A DNA stretch of 56,055 bases from Octopus bimaculoides (Eukaryota): NCBI RefSeq assembly GCF_001194135.2, contig NC_068997.1:33115796-33171850 (forward strand). Direction: 5' to 3'. A program made the translations under genes and the position numbers. Below the pieces are notes generated by a model, which did not search any database, was not told the DNA's origin, and saw nothing but the letters and a program-made list of their open reading frames with translations. This document shows positions 24,890 through 36,974 of this stretch, in pieces. The first letter of the stretch is position 1. Each line of letters opens with the position of its first letter.

Positions 24890-27290
24890 GGCCATGCTGA
24901 AGCACCGCATTTCAGTATGTTTGAGTTTCTTGTTTTTAATGTTTCTGGGGAAGTATCGAATTGGACGAGATGCTCTTCTTTGTGCCCCCTCCGTGATGTG
25001 GGTTCATCTAGTATCTCAAAAACAAACATTGTTCTGACGTTCTTTGAAGATCTCCGCATCTACACCACGCAAAACTTTGAGGTTGTTTGATAGAATGTTG
25101 AGTAGATGTGGAGCCTTGAAACTCAAGTTGTTACAGTACTGGGTTCTTATTTTAGTTGAAGAAAAGGGTATCTTTGGTTCTATGCTGTGCCGTCCAGTTC
25201 GGTGGCTTGTATAGCTTTCAATTCCAATGTCAGAAATTAGACCTTCCAGGATCTTCCATATTTATATCACTGTATATCTTTAACGCCTTTAACCTCCTTT
25301 AACCTCTCCCAGCAGCTCATCTGTTTCAAAGAGTAAATCTTCTGTGTGTAGTGGCGCTAGTTTGCCTTAAGTTCCGCCACCAGTTTGACGCTCTACGGTG
25401 ACCACTATTGGGAGCAGTAATCCAGACGACTGATAGCGAAAGTTCCCCATATGAATAGCATGGTATCCTTTTTCCTGATTCTGAATGATATCAAAATCCT
25501 TTCAGCTACTCACCTGCAGTGTTGCCACCTTGGTAATATCGACTCTGACTCTTGGATTACACTACCACCTGGTACTGTGCATTCCGAAAGCATTCGATTT
25601 GTTGGGCGATAGTAGAGTGCTTGAGCCTTCTCAGCATTGAACTGCATGTTATTTTCATCTGCTCATCTGTATATTGCACGCAGGTCGTTTTGCAATTTTA
25701 GTATCAGGATCCTTGGCCGTCTGTGATACTTTTGTATCATCAGCAAAGCTGGTGAGAATGGTTGAATGTATGGATGAGGGTATATCTGAGAGAGTGGCCA
25801 CAAACAGTAGTGGTCCCAGTACAGTTCCTTAAGGGACTCTCCTGCGGATTGATGTCTCCCCAGAGAGAGCACTATTTGCTGCAACTTTTTTTTGGAGAGG
25901 AGGGGAATTCATGCAGCCACTATCCCAGTTTTCCAATGCTACTAAGGTCACGCAGTTTATGACATGTCATCCCATGATCAACTTTGTCAAAGGCCTTTGC
26001 AAAGTCAAGATATATCACATCCGCATTTAAGTGGTTAAGCTGCTGTTTCAGTACCTAGTCGTAGTGCTGTGGTAGGTGTGTGAGGCAGCTCCTCCCAGTA
26101 CGGAAGTCATGTTGTGTGTTTGTGATCAAGTTATTTTTCTTCCAGGAGCGTGATCAACCTTCTTCTGATAATGCGTTCCATGACCTTGCTAACATGTGAT
26201 GTCAGGGAGATAGGCCTGTAGTTTTAGCATCTGCTCTACTTCCTCCGCTATGCACAGAGCATATTATAGTTTCTTTTAATTTCTTTTAACAATCTGGGAA
26301 GTTTATCACATACAAAGAAACTCTGAAAAAGTATCTGCAGTGATTTTGCGAGAGTTTTCTTACATATCTTTAAAAGATCAACTGGAAATCCATTTCGGCC
26401 CTTCACTGAGATCGAGTTAATCTCATCAATAGCCGATATTACATTTTCCTCCTTTATGTCGATGTAATCGATGGTTGCCTCTTTCCCATGCAGACCTGTA
26501 GTGTTTAAGAAACTCATCACGCTTGCTTATTTGCATGTTTCCCAGTGGAGTGTTGAAGACACTTTCCAATTGCCTATTTAACACTTTACTTATCCTCCAG
26601 CGGTCTACAGTTAGTGAGCCGTCTTCTTCACATAGTGACTCTATCTTGTAGCTCTATCTTCAAATAGCGGCGCTATCTTGTAAAAAGCTTTAGGATTTAA
26701 TTTTATATTTTCCGCCGCCCTGGTTTCTCTTTCTACCCTTTCTTTTTCATGGAAAAGTGTGAGTTTACTTTCAATCTCAAAAAGTGCCTCTTTGAGGAGG
26801 GATATCTTGCTGTCATTAAGTTGCTTACTTAAGCAATTGCATATTTTTATTATCCGCCTCATAAGGACTCCTCTGTCTCGGGGAATGATGTTTTTGTATG
26901 TAGTGGCTCTCTTCTCTGGGAGAAATTTAATGTACATGGCATTATTGAAATGGATTCTTTAAGTTTCATATCAATCTTGTCTTGCTGGAGTATCTATCTT
27001 TCGATTGACTTTCAATCAGCCGTATAGAAGTTCATATTGGATAGAGTTTGGGTGCCATCTGTGTGGAATGCATTCTTAATTAGTTTTTGAGCCATATATT
27101 TTCAGTTCTGTTATGTGGTCTGAGAATATTGACGGTGTCTGTACATTATAGGTAAGTTCTATAATGTTGGTGAAACAGAGGTCTAATATGTTATTGTTTC
27201 TGGTTGAAGAGAGAATGTTTTGCTTCATGAACAGCATTTTCGTGAAATCAAATAGAAATTTTGTTTGATTGCGTTCTTTGCGAATTATTC
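24890..27290 (-). mobile_element. CR1/L2-group LINE (APE C-terminus plus RT), pseudogenised
   Basis: NNILDLCFTN..SDH, YRPISLTSHVSKVMERII, QHDFRTGRSCLT, VIYLDFAKAFDKVDHG, GTVLGPLLF, FADDTK. Many stops. Confidence 0.92.
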
Positions 27291-28071
27291 CTGAGATTAT
27301 GTCGCCTTCTTAAATTCTTAATTTCTCACAATTATCATCCTCTTTCTTTCAAAGACGCTAACAGTTACCGACAGGTTTTTGTTTCTTCAACAAGGAAGGA
27401 AATCTAATCAATTGAAGGTTTTTCTTTCGTTAATCAGTATTCCGCCACTTGATTAATTTATCTAAACTGTAACCATTGGTCAGCCTCAGTTATTTCCCGT
27501 GGTTTATTTTATTTTTTAGTTGTACAACAAAAATCAAGACTACATGCAAAAAAGTGTCTGACCAATAAAAACTCACTCTCAAATGCATTTCTCTCTCTGT
27601 CCTTTCTTTCTATACATTTTCTGTTCTCCCGAACTAGCTAAACGCATATTCTCGTCGTTCCTACGTATTCGATCCACCCGCCATTGTCTCCACTCATCTC
27701 TCACCCGTGTTACATGTCACCTTGCCTATCACTAAAGACTTCACCAATCCTTACTCTTCATAACTTCAAAATTCTGGAATTTTTATCCAGCCTATGATTT
27801 TTTTTTTTTTCAGCAAAATATTCAAAGCCCATCGAACCACCATTTTAGAAAATCCTAAAAAAGTCACAGTTACTGGCCCCACTCTTCTGAATTCCCTATT
27901 AACAAACAAAAATGTGAAGGAATACTAGAAATGATATATTTCCATACCTGAAAACATCAACAAATAACGACCACCACTTTAGTCCCAAGCCAACGGGTGG
28001 AGATTCAAAGTCGCTTGACCAGTTGTAAGGATAAAGTTTCTAAAATGGATTCCGAGATTCGAATTTATGCT

Positions 28072-28165
28072 TTGGTACATTGGTTGAACGTCTGTGGTAC
28101 TGACAGAAGGGTTCGAGTCCCACGGATAGCCTTTGACTTTATCTGTGCAAAGGATGTTTAATCCA
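28072..28165 (+). mobile_element. tRNA-derived SINE head (Pol III A and B boxes)
   Basis: TGGTACATTGG (A-box-like) and GGTTCGAGTCCC (B-box). No full cloverleaf; followed by GCCTTTGACTTTATC, reminiscent of a SINE body. Confidence 0.5.
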
Positions 28166-28639
28166 ACGTTAACACGTTATTCTTTTAAACTTTATTTGCT
28201 CTGAGCTTCAACGTTTTAAAAAGTAATTATCAAATTTTCGCTGTTACTGCTGCAGTAGTTGCTAAAATTATTCTCGTCCTCGAACAACAATATCAATATA
28301 CTAACAGAGAGAAGCCATTGTGACAGAAGAACAAAGGCCTGCATTGTCCTCGAGCCGAAAAATGTGGAACGCTTTTCCTTCCTCTCAGCATCTCAGTTGC
28401 ATCTCTCGCTTTCTTCCAATGCAAATGTCATTGAACGATGTTTTTGTAGAGGAAAATATGGATTTTTAAGTAAAAAAAGGATTTTAACGGTAGTATGAGT
28501 CACAATCAAAAGAAAAACTGCATCACAATATTTAAGTGTCAGTTTCTCAATAATATTGACAAGTAAAAATTTGTTAAATGTATGACTTTTAGGGCAAAAA
28601 CAACAGAAATTTATGTGAAAAATATAGAGACAAGTTGTG

Positions 28640-28990
28640 AAAGTTTTCCACTGGAAGCTTTGTCAAAGATGGAGTTTGGAGCAGGAAGTACATGGTACAA
28701 GCATCGGATAGAACGAGTTCTTGAATTGAAAACATGCACAATTTTATAGAATTTCCCCATTCAAACGGATAAGGAGATGGAACATAACAAGGCAGATATT
28801 AGAGAAACAGGCTGATTGATCCACTGTGTCCGTTTGATACTAGGATTGTGAAGAAAGCAGATGAAAGGGGTGAAAATCTACAACCCCTTAAAACTGGAAA
28901 TTGCGAGTATTTGGAATAAGAATCCTATAAGGTTTGTACTTGTGATAATTGGAGTAGTAGGGGCTGTGTGTGATGACAGATTGGTGGATA
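28640..28990 (+). mobile_element. R4/Dong-like RLE C-terminal fragment
   Basis: FHWKLCQ..GSTWYKH..ERVLE..FPIQTDKEMEHNKADI..CPFDTRIVKK..YNPLKLEIASIWN..VIIGVVGAV, read across frameshifts. Confidence 0.75.
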
Positions 28991-29223
28991 AAGGAGATTG
29001 GAATGGAATGTCCTTTACAGCTTCTACAGAACTTTTATCTCTTGGGAACAGGGAGGTCAATCAGAGAGGTTTTTATCACTTGATGGCTTATTGAAATCAT
29101 GTGAATATATAAGGTTACAGACAGTTGCCCGCTACTCTCATAAATTATATCAGGAATAAGATCAATTCTGAGTCAAGAAATTTTCTGCTATTTGCGACAG
29201 GGGCAAATATATGACTGAGGGTG

Positions 29224-29544
29224 TAGAAATACGAGCTAAACGCTCTAATGCTGCACTTAAAGCACATAATTGTATACATACATGCTGACAGGGACCGTAA
29301 TTGCTCGAAAAGCAGTGGTCGAGATATTCCCAAACAGGTCGATCAGTTTCGGCTTTCGCCGTAGCCTCCTCAATGGCAGCGGCCCGACTCGGCTGATTCC
29401 GGACGACGATCACTCTCAGCAGATATGTCTACAGTCTGGGAATATCTCCACCGCTGCTTTTCAGACGATTACGTTCCTGTGAGCATGTATGTATACAATT
29501 ATGCGCTTTGGCTGCAGTATTTGAGCATTTAACTCTTATTTCTA
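29224..29544. repeat. Fold-back (MITE-like) element with 114-bp inverted arms
   Basis: 29224-29337 versus the reverse complement of 29432-29544: 94/114 identities by hand with one gap; GC-rich spacer. Confidence 0.85.
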
Positions 29545-29860
29545 GCAATGTAGGTGTTTATAACACCCTTCATCATATTTAATGAGGGTTATAGTTCTCC
29601 TTGTTGGTACACATTTGCTTACTGCAGCCTAAATAAATGATGGTGAAGCGTGAGAGATTTCTTATATTAAAAGCTGGAAATCAATCTGAAGAAACGTATT
29701 AATTGGTTTTTACTGGGGAGATTATCACTGGTGACTTCGGTCTGCAGGTGATTTTTCTTATCTTTTTTTCTTGTTTCTTACAGATTTACATGTTCACGCG
29801 CAGAGAAACACACATGCACAGGACGTACAAATATCTGTAAGTTCAAATACCCCACATGCA

Positions 29861-29897
<37 letters not shown>

Positions 29898-30261
29898 NNN
29901 NNNNNNNTGTGTGTGTGTGTGTGTGTGTGTTTGTGTGTGTGTGTTTGTGTGTGTGTAACGTGAGCCATTGCCATTATCTGCCAAAATTTCGTGCAAGACT
30001 GTCTATGTTGCGTGAACGGATATATACAATTTGTCACTTCATTTCTACCTGTGGAGCGTAAATCTGTCGGCGTTAAAGTATGTGTGTATGTGTGTAGTTA
30101 CGCTCTGCATTTATGACCGTTTGTATGTTTACATGTACACTATTGTGTATATATGTATATATGTATCTATATATTATATAATATATATGTAAATATATAT
30201 TTGTCACAATGACAAATTCATATAAGTGGTGTTCGTGTGTGTGTGTGTGTGCGTATATATA

Positions 30262-30700
30262 TATGTATGTATGGTGGTTGTCTACTCCTTAAACAGAGTT
30301 TGACCACCTCCTGCACCTACACCTTAGCCCTTTCATGGCGTCTGATGTGGCTTTTTAAACCAGACAGTGTTTTGAAAAAACACCCACACAGATTGCACCT
30401 CTGATTTGCACTACCAATACCTGCAAGTAAGTTCTGCTCATTGTGGATCCTAACATGTCTTTTAAGACCCCCATTGGATTTGCAAACCCTCTAGCACACA
30501 CCACATTCAAACGTGTGCACAGACATATAATCAGAATAGCTGGGTGAGGTTTGTTTTCCATGGGTTCGCAGGTGAGATTTGAGGCCAGCCAAGGACAGAC
30601 ATGGTCTGTCACAGACTGTGCACACAAAAAGGTCCTTGTCATTCACCTTCTCAGTCTTCACCTTTTTCCTTAAATGTCTCTTGAGCCCTGCTTGCATCAT
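30262..30700 (-). mobile_element. RTE-type LINE 3' end encoding tandem C2H2 zinc fingers
   Basis: One frame, 30700 to 30317, with one internal TAG: CTVCDRPCLSLAGLKSHLRTH, CGVC*RVCKSNGGLKRHVRIH, CNLCGCFFKTLSGLKSHIRRH. Short 3' UTR and (CATA)n tail like the RTE at 49134. Confidence 0.7.
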
Positions 30701-30965
30701 CCTGGCCTCTCGGGTCGTCGGCGACTAAACTGGCAACCCCACCAGGCTTGCTTGGTGAGGAGGGTGTTGTTGGACACCCTGCAGGACGAAAAAAAAAAAT
30801 ATGTATGTATACACGCACACATACGCACACACACACACACACATATATATACATTTATATACATATGTATAAACAGAAGATGGGAGATATTTATATATAG
30901 ATATGCATATATTGATCTTACCTTAACGGAACAATAAACTAAATATGCATATGAATAAATATATG

Positions 30966-31006
<41 letters not shown>

Positions 31007-31016
31007 NNNNNNNNNN

Positions 31017-31060
<44 letters not shown>

Positions 31061-31399
31061 TAGCATATATATTAACTAAAGGAATGTATATACATATATA
31101 TACATGTATGTAAATACGCGTGTGTGTGCCTATATATATATAAGTATATATATATATATGTATATATGTGTGTGTGTGCATGCACACACACACGCACGCA
31201 CACATATAGATTTACATACATAGACACATACATATATATGTATGTGTGTATGGACGTGTATTAAAAGTATGTGCGTACATGTATCCAAGTATATCCTTGT
31301 AGGATCAGAGCTAACTGTGGAGATCTACACTTGATCTAAGCATTCGCACACATGGTGATCCTTACCTGATCTTTCTAGGGCTCCTTATCTTTTCTTGTT

Positions 31400-31600
31400 T
31401 GCTTAAAGAACTTGTAACCAAGATGACAGATTCTTCCATTGCTTTCTATTCTTTGCGACAGATGTGGTCTCCTTTGGTTGACTGTTGTTGTGTGACTAGT
31501 TTTGCCTCAGTATGTCTCTGAATTTCATGATAACGTTTTCCTATTGCCCGTTCAGAATATAACTGATCTTTCGGGCGCCTTTATTTCTCTTCTTTCTTAA
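31400..31600 (-). mobile_element. Possible decayed PLE GIY-YIG fragment
   Basis: DQLYSERAIGKRYHEIQRH..LVTQQ..GDHICRKE loosely resembles the YIGET.R.L..R..EH...GH.I.W pattern. Confidence 0.3.
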
Positions 31601-31771
31601 TAGAGCCAATACAGCATTGCTGATATCTCATCAACATCGCCCCTGTGCATCATGTTTATGCTTGTTCAACGACATAGATGTTGTTATTGTCTGCTGTCGG
31701 TCAAAAGTTTTCATTAATGGAGCCGTTCAACCTCTTTGATGTGACATCAATAAAGGTGTACCAATTGTGCA

Positions 31772-32630
31772 GGAGGTGGTATCAAAAGGTTCCATGGCTA
31801 GTTATGTTTAATAAAAAAAAAATAACTTATTTACCTACGTTTTAGCATCATCTTCTTCGAAATTGTCACATTGCGCAGCAATAAACCGGTCCGAGCATTC
31901 CAGCCACTTATGGAATCCGGCCTGGAAATCGTTTCCTGTAAGCGAATGGAGGACTTTCTACGATTCTCTCTTGATCTCGACAACGGTGTTAAAACGGCGC
32001 CATTGAACAGCATTTTTATCTTAGGGAAACGATTCCATGTTGTTTTTGACGAGAAACTCACGAGTGAGGAGATCTCGGTGATAGGATGCATTGTCATCGT
32101 GAAGAATCCACAGATCCAATCGTCTTCGCCAAACATCTTCCCTGAAACGCTTCAAAACGTCACAGTAGAACTCTCGATTGACGGACTAGCCCTGGGGGAC
32201 GAACTCTCGATGAACTCTCGATACCACATTTCCGGGGTGACGCTCGTGGCAGGTTTTCTAGATCGCTCATCGTCTTCCAGGGACGTTCTTCCGCTTTTGA
32301 TGCGCCTATGCCACTCGAAACATTGCGTACGACCCATTGCCTCGTCGCCGTAAGCCTGCTGAAGCATGCTCAATGTCTCTGTAACAAACTTCCCAAATTT
32401 AACGCAAAATTTCTCGTTGGCTCTTTGTTCCTGTCCGTGATAATATCGCAGACATCAGCATACACGTGATCACAGAAACACAAATTTCACAACTTGCGAA
32501 GTGAATACAGCAATATCACTCGGCACCTGTCACATGAAGGTCACTGCTAGCTCTCACTGCGTACGTTACTGTGTGCTGCCATCTGTTGGCGTGCTACAGA
32601 ACTACTCCGGGAACTTTTTGATACTCTTCG
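31772..32630 (-). mobile_element. mariner transposon, second copy of the 2699-3632 family
   Basis: TIRs GGAGGTGGTATCAAAAGGTTCC and GGGAACTTTTTGATACTCTTCG|TA. MLQQAYGDEAMGRTQCFEWHRRIKSGRTSLEDDERS and LHDDNASY-like motifs on the minus strand. Confidence 0.9.
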
Positions 32631-32862
32631 TATATATGTACGAGTGATACACACACACACACACAGACGCACACAAACACACAGACGCACACACACACAC
32701 AGACGCACACACACACACATACGGGGACATGTGTGTGTATGTATTTAGTTAAAAGTAAAAATGAAATACAGCAATGCAGTTAATGTGCTAGGGGTTAAAC
32801 GGCATATAGAAGTTGTTGGAAAATAACGGCGTGTATATATATATATATATATATATATATGC

Positions 32863-32933
32863 CAGTGAGACGCTGAACCCGGGACAATGTGGTTGCGAAA
32901 CAAAATTGTTACCACACAGCCACACCTGCGCCT
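32863..32933 (-). mobile_element. SINE family B head
   Basis: Reverse complement AGGCGCAGGTGTGGCTGTGTGGTAAC...AACCACATTGTCCCGGGTTCAGCGTC. Confidence 0.65.
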
Positions 32934-32946
32934 ATACATACATACA

Positions 32947-32981
<35 letters not shown>

Positions 32982-34088
32982 NNNNNNNNNNNNNNNNNNN
33001 NNNNNNNNNNNNNNNNNNNNNNNNNNNNNNNNNNNNNNNNNNNNNNNNNNNNNNNNNNNNNNNNNNNNNNNNNNNNNNNNNNNNNNNNNNNNNNNNNNNN
33101 NNNNNNNNNNNNNNNNNNNNNNNNNNNNNNNNNNNNNNNNNNNNNNNNNNNNNNNNNNNNNNNNNNNNNNNNNNNNNNNNNNNNNNNNNNNNNNNNNNNN
33201 NNNNNNNNNNNNNNNNNNNNNNNNNNNNNNNNNNNNNNNNNNNNNNNNNNNNNNNNNNNNNNNNNNNNNNNNNNNNNNNNNNNNNNNNNNNNNNNNNNNN
33301 NNNNNNNNNNNNNNNNNNNNNNNNNNNNNNNNNNNNNNNNNNNNNNNNNNNNNNNNNNNNNNNNNNNTATATATATATATATATATATATTCCAAAGGTT
33401 AAACAGAAAGAACACAAAGAAGGGAAATTTCAGACGAAAACTGGGCGAAAACACAACGGACGGAAAAAGGAAGCAACAACACAATAGAAGGAACATTCGC
33501 AGCGGGTTTTTCTCATCAGTTGGTTTCCGAGACGTCTTCGTGGTTTCGTGCACTTTAAAATCAAGACTACTATTGTCACGGAGGCGCCAACGTATTAAGC
33601 TTCGGGAAAAAGCTAACAAGTGTATCCGGGACAGAACAAAATAGCAAAATTACATAAGCATATACAAGAAAATAATGACAAGGATATGACAAGGAATGGT
33701 ACAGTAACAATAGAAAATGCCTTTCGGCTATACAATAGCAAAAAGAATAATTATACATATACAATACTAATAGAAAGCGCCTTTCAGCTCTCAACAGACA
33801 GTAGTAAGGTAGCGCAAAGAAGAGCTGGAAAAAAGTCTTAGCGGAGAGTAGACACACGTATGTAGTTTTGTCAGCGGCAGGCTGAAAAAGAACGACGCGC
33901 TGTGACTGGACACCGGTCACGTGGTAGGAGAGAAGAAGAATGGTAGAAGGTGGAGGGACTAAGGAATTAGAGAGAGAGAAGGGGGACAGGGAAAGAGACA
34001 GAAAGGGCGGAGAGTGTGAAGAATAAGAGAGAGGGGATGAAGAATAAGGGAGAGGGAAAGAGAGGTAGAAGAATAGCTTGCCGAATAT

Positions 34089-34164
<76 letters not shown>

Positions 34165-34165
<1 letters not shown>

Positions 34166-35655
34166 GATAGACAGCCTGCCGAACTACATCCAGGCAATAC
34201 AACCCCACATCTCCAACAGGGGGAAATCTACAGTACATGAATATGAGAAGAGAGAAAAAATCTTCAATGTTCACCTGATGATGTGGCCAAACATCCTTGG
34301 AGCAAAGAAGCGCACGGTGAACAACTTCCAGGCCACAAATAACCCAGCGCTGTATGGGTTTCCGCAACGATCAAAAAGTGACCATTGATCCGGTGACAGG
34401 ACCCCCGACCAGACCTGTCGGTGGAGCCAACGTTGCCAGTAACTACAGAATCCTCTCAATGATCATACACCCTGTGATCAAAATGTTCCCTGATATGTGT
34501 GACAGCACAGAGGATTTCCTCAGCAGAATTAATGAATGCAACCACGCCTGCGACCTGACGGGATGTATAATAGGTAGTATGAATGTAGTATCCCTATAGC
34601 CATTTATTGACATTGATTTTACTGTGGAGAAATGTGTGGAGATGATTGGCGAGAGCGACTTGGAGTTTCATAATGTTGACACAGAAGAACTGGGCCTCCT
34701 CCTTAGACTTACATTTGACAAGGAGTACTTAGACGAACATGACGTTAGTTGTGTCTGCACCATTAGATCAGTAAGAGGGAGACCCCCTACTGTAACTTCA
34801 ATGGCCAAGAAAATCCCTAGAGAGAAATAGAATGGGTGAACCAGAGCCATACGGACCCCCGGAAACTACAATCAGGTAAGAAAAATGCATGAGGTAGGTG
34901 CGAGTACCTGAGTCACACTAAAGGACCACATATTCAAGTTTAATAACAAGATATACACCCAAGAAGAAGGTGCAGCCATTGGTGTCAGGATCGCTTGGGA
35001 TGTAGGTAACCTATTTATGGTATGGTGGGATAGGCGACTCAAAGAACTATAAGCAGAGAGCTCCATAAACCTAAACATGTATTCCCGCTATATGGATGAT
35101 ATCAACATAGTAACCAAGCACTCCCACAAGACTATGAACTAGAAACTAGCACTGTTAAGAGCATCCAGCAAATAGCTAATTCCATCCACCAGAGTATTAA
35201 AGTAACAGGAGATTAACCTAGCAAGCACCCTAACTATAAGCTACGGGTCTTAGACACGGAGCTCTGACGGGAAACTAAGAGTAATAAGGTCCAGATCCTT
35301 CAATACCACTATGCAAAACCCATAGCCTCTAAATACCTGATCCACAAGAACGCATCCATTGCGGACAATACCAAACTCAGTATCCTAATAGCGGACTTGG
35401 TAAGAGTGATGAGAAATGTGTCCCGCATGTGCGACCCAGCGGAATTCGAATGACACATATAACACTTCATCTACCGCATGCAGTTCTCTGGCTACAGCCA
35501 AAGGAACAGGATTACAAAGGAGCCAGGATTAAGTATAAGGTCATCATAGAGAATGATGCAAATGGGATCATGAGTAAATCTTGGAAAAGCAAAGAAAGAA
35601 CGAAGAAAAAGATAGATAAGTCCAACTCATGGTATGACAACCAAAAATACTAGAG
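34165..35655 (+). mobile_element. Penelope-like retroelement, Neptune-type RT region (second subfamily), 3'-truncated
   Basis: PTRPVGGANVASNY, IGSMNVVSL*P, KDHIFKFNNKIYTQEEGAAIG, RYMDDINIV (YMDD 35089-35100), LRVLDTEL, SKYLIHKNAS, YRMQFSGYS, SWYDNQKY. Motif order is collinear with 6300-7750. Confidence 0.88.
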
Positions 35656-35665
35656 TGCCAAGTTG

Positions 35666-35739
35666 ATATATATTTTTGGTTAATAAAATCTTGTAAAAGA
35701 TTTTATCCTTTTTTGATTTTATTAACCAAAAATATATAT
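35666..35739. repeat. Perfect 25-bp inverted repeat with 24-bp spacer
   Basis: ATATATATTTTTGGTTAATAAAATC (35666-35690) and GATTTTATTAACCAAAAATATATAT (35715-35739). Confidence 0.9.
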
Positions 35740-35924
35740 ATCCGGAATATATTCAATGCTGAAATTTATTGCGGTTTTTACACGTGTACCGAGAACAACT
35801 CAGAAAGATTCCCGCTTTTTTAGCGATGTATATGGATAAGCATCATTCCCTTTGCTGGGCCGGATACATGCGTGTTCGTTTTGGTAAGGTGAGAATTCTG
35901 TTTATTTGTATATGTCGATACTAT

Positions 35925-35987
35925 ACTATGCTGACGAACGGAAACTAGATTTCATTCTGGTAAACGTGAAATCGGTCGATACATAGT
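35925..35987 (+). ncRNA. Type I hammerhead ribozyme (PLE-associated)
   Basis: Stem I ACTATG/CATAGT (6 bp); core CTGACGA (35931-35937); stem II ACG/CGT with inner hairpin ACTAGA/TCTGGT; GAAA (35968-35971); stem III ATCG-GT-CGAT; UH site T35980-A35981. All catalytic core nucleotides are intact. Confidence 0.8.
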
Positions 35988-36108
35988 TGAGTTTATTTTT
36001 TTTTAATGTTGGTTTCTTTCAAAAGTTGTTTTCCTCACATTCGGTACTAAAGTGTGTTTATTTGGGAAGTCTAGTGTGCGGCATTATTCTGTAGTAATGC
36101 CCTATATA

Positions 36109-36252
36109 CACGATGGGCTTCTTTTCATTTCCGTCTACCAAATCCACTCATAAGGCTTTGGTCGGCTTGAGGCTATAGTAGAAGACACTTGCTTAAGATG
36201 CCGAGCAGTGGGAATGGACCTGAAACCATGTGATCTGAAAGCATACTTCTTA
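36109..36252 (-). mobile_element. SINE family B
   Basis: TTTCCGTCTACCAAATCCACTCATAAGGCTTTGGTCGGCTTGAGGCTATAGTAGAAGACACTTGC is the reverse complement of the family B body. Confidence 0.75.
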
Positions 36253-36974
36253 GTACAAAAGCACGACATATTAAAGTTTTGACTATGCAGAGGCAACACC
36301 TATTGCCAATAGTGCAGTTAGGAGGAGATCGAATTACAGCCAATTTAATTTTTTAGTAAGAGATACCTCTTTTAAGCCCTAGATGTATTTTGAAAGAGTT
36401 GTTGTATTTCATTGATCTCATGTCTGAATGTATACGTGTGTTGAGCATACCCGAATTTAAATGAGTCCCCGGTAAGCCTACATAGCATTTTTTGTCATTT
36501 TTTTGTTATCATTGTTATCTTTCGCACAGCAAATGATATTTCTTTGAAAACATATATTGTATAGCATGCATGCACTTTTTGTGGGGAGGAGTTGAATTTA
36601 TCCTTGCACCAATAACTTTGAAATTTTATGTTAAAAATTTTATGGCATTTATGAACACAAGGGAAGCATTTACTGACAAATTTAGGAAGAATATGAAAAT
36701 ATTGGTTCTAATGTTCAGCCTGAAAACTGGAGTTATACCATATACCTTTTCTTTTTCTGGTGTTTTTACATTAGTTGGATCCTTGTGGAAGGGTATATTC
36801 TACATCAATGAAGCGCCTCCGCTCAGATACTCTTAAAATAATATAGAAGCAACGTTATAAGTTTCTTCTTTAGATGATATCAGAGAGATTCTTTTGCTTA
36901 TGTTTTTGGGTATGTTAGATGGGTGGTTAGAGTTTTTCTGAATGTAGCGCATGACCACATTAGGCTTGTTTTAA

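Noticed and set aside
28072-28125. tRNA gene
   Set aside because: A and B boxes are present, but no acceptor stem or anticodon arm can be formed; treated as a SINE head.
30317-30700. Host C2H2 zinc-finger gene
   Set aside because: No TGEKP linkers, an internal stop, GLKxH fingers like RTE termini, and a LINE-type UTR with (CATA)n tail.
33495-33555. Minus-strand CTGATGA upstream of the second PLE
   Set aside because: No GAAA with a paired stem II in any hammerhead topology that I could fold by hand.
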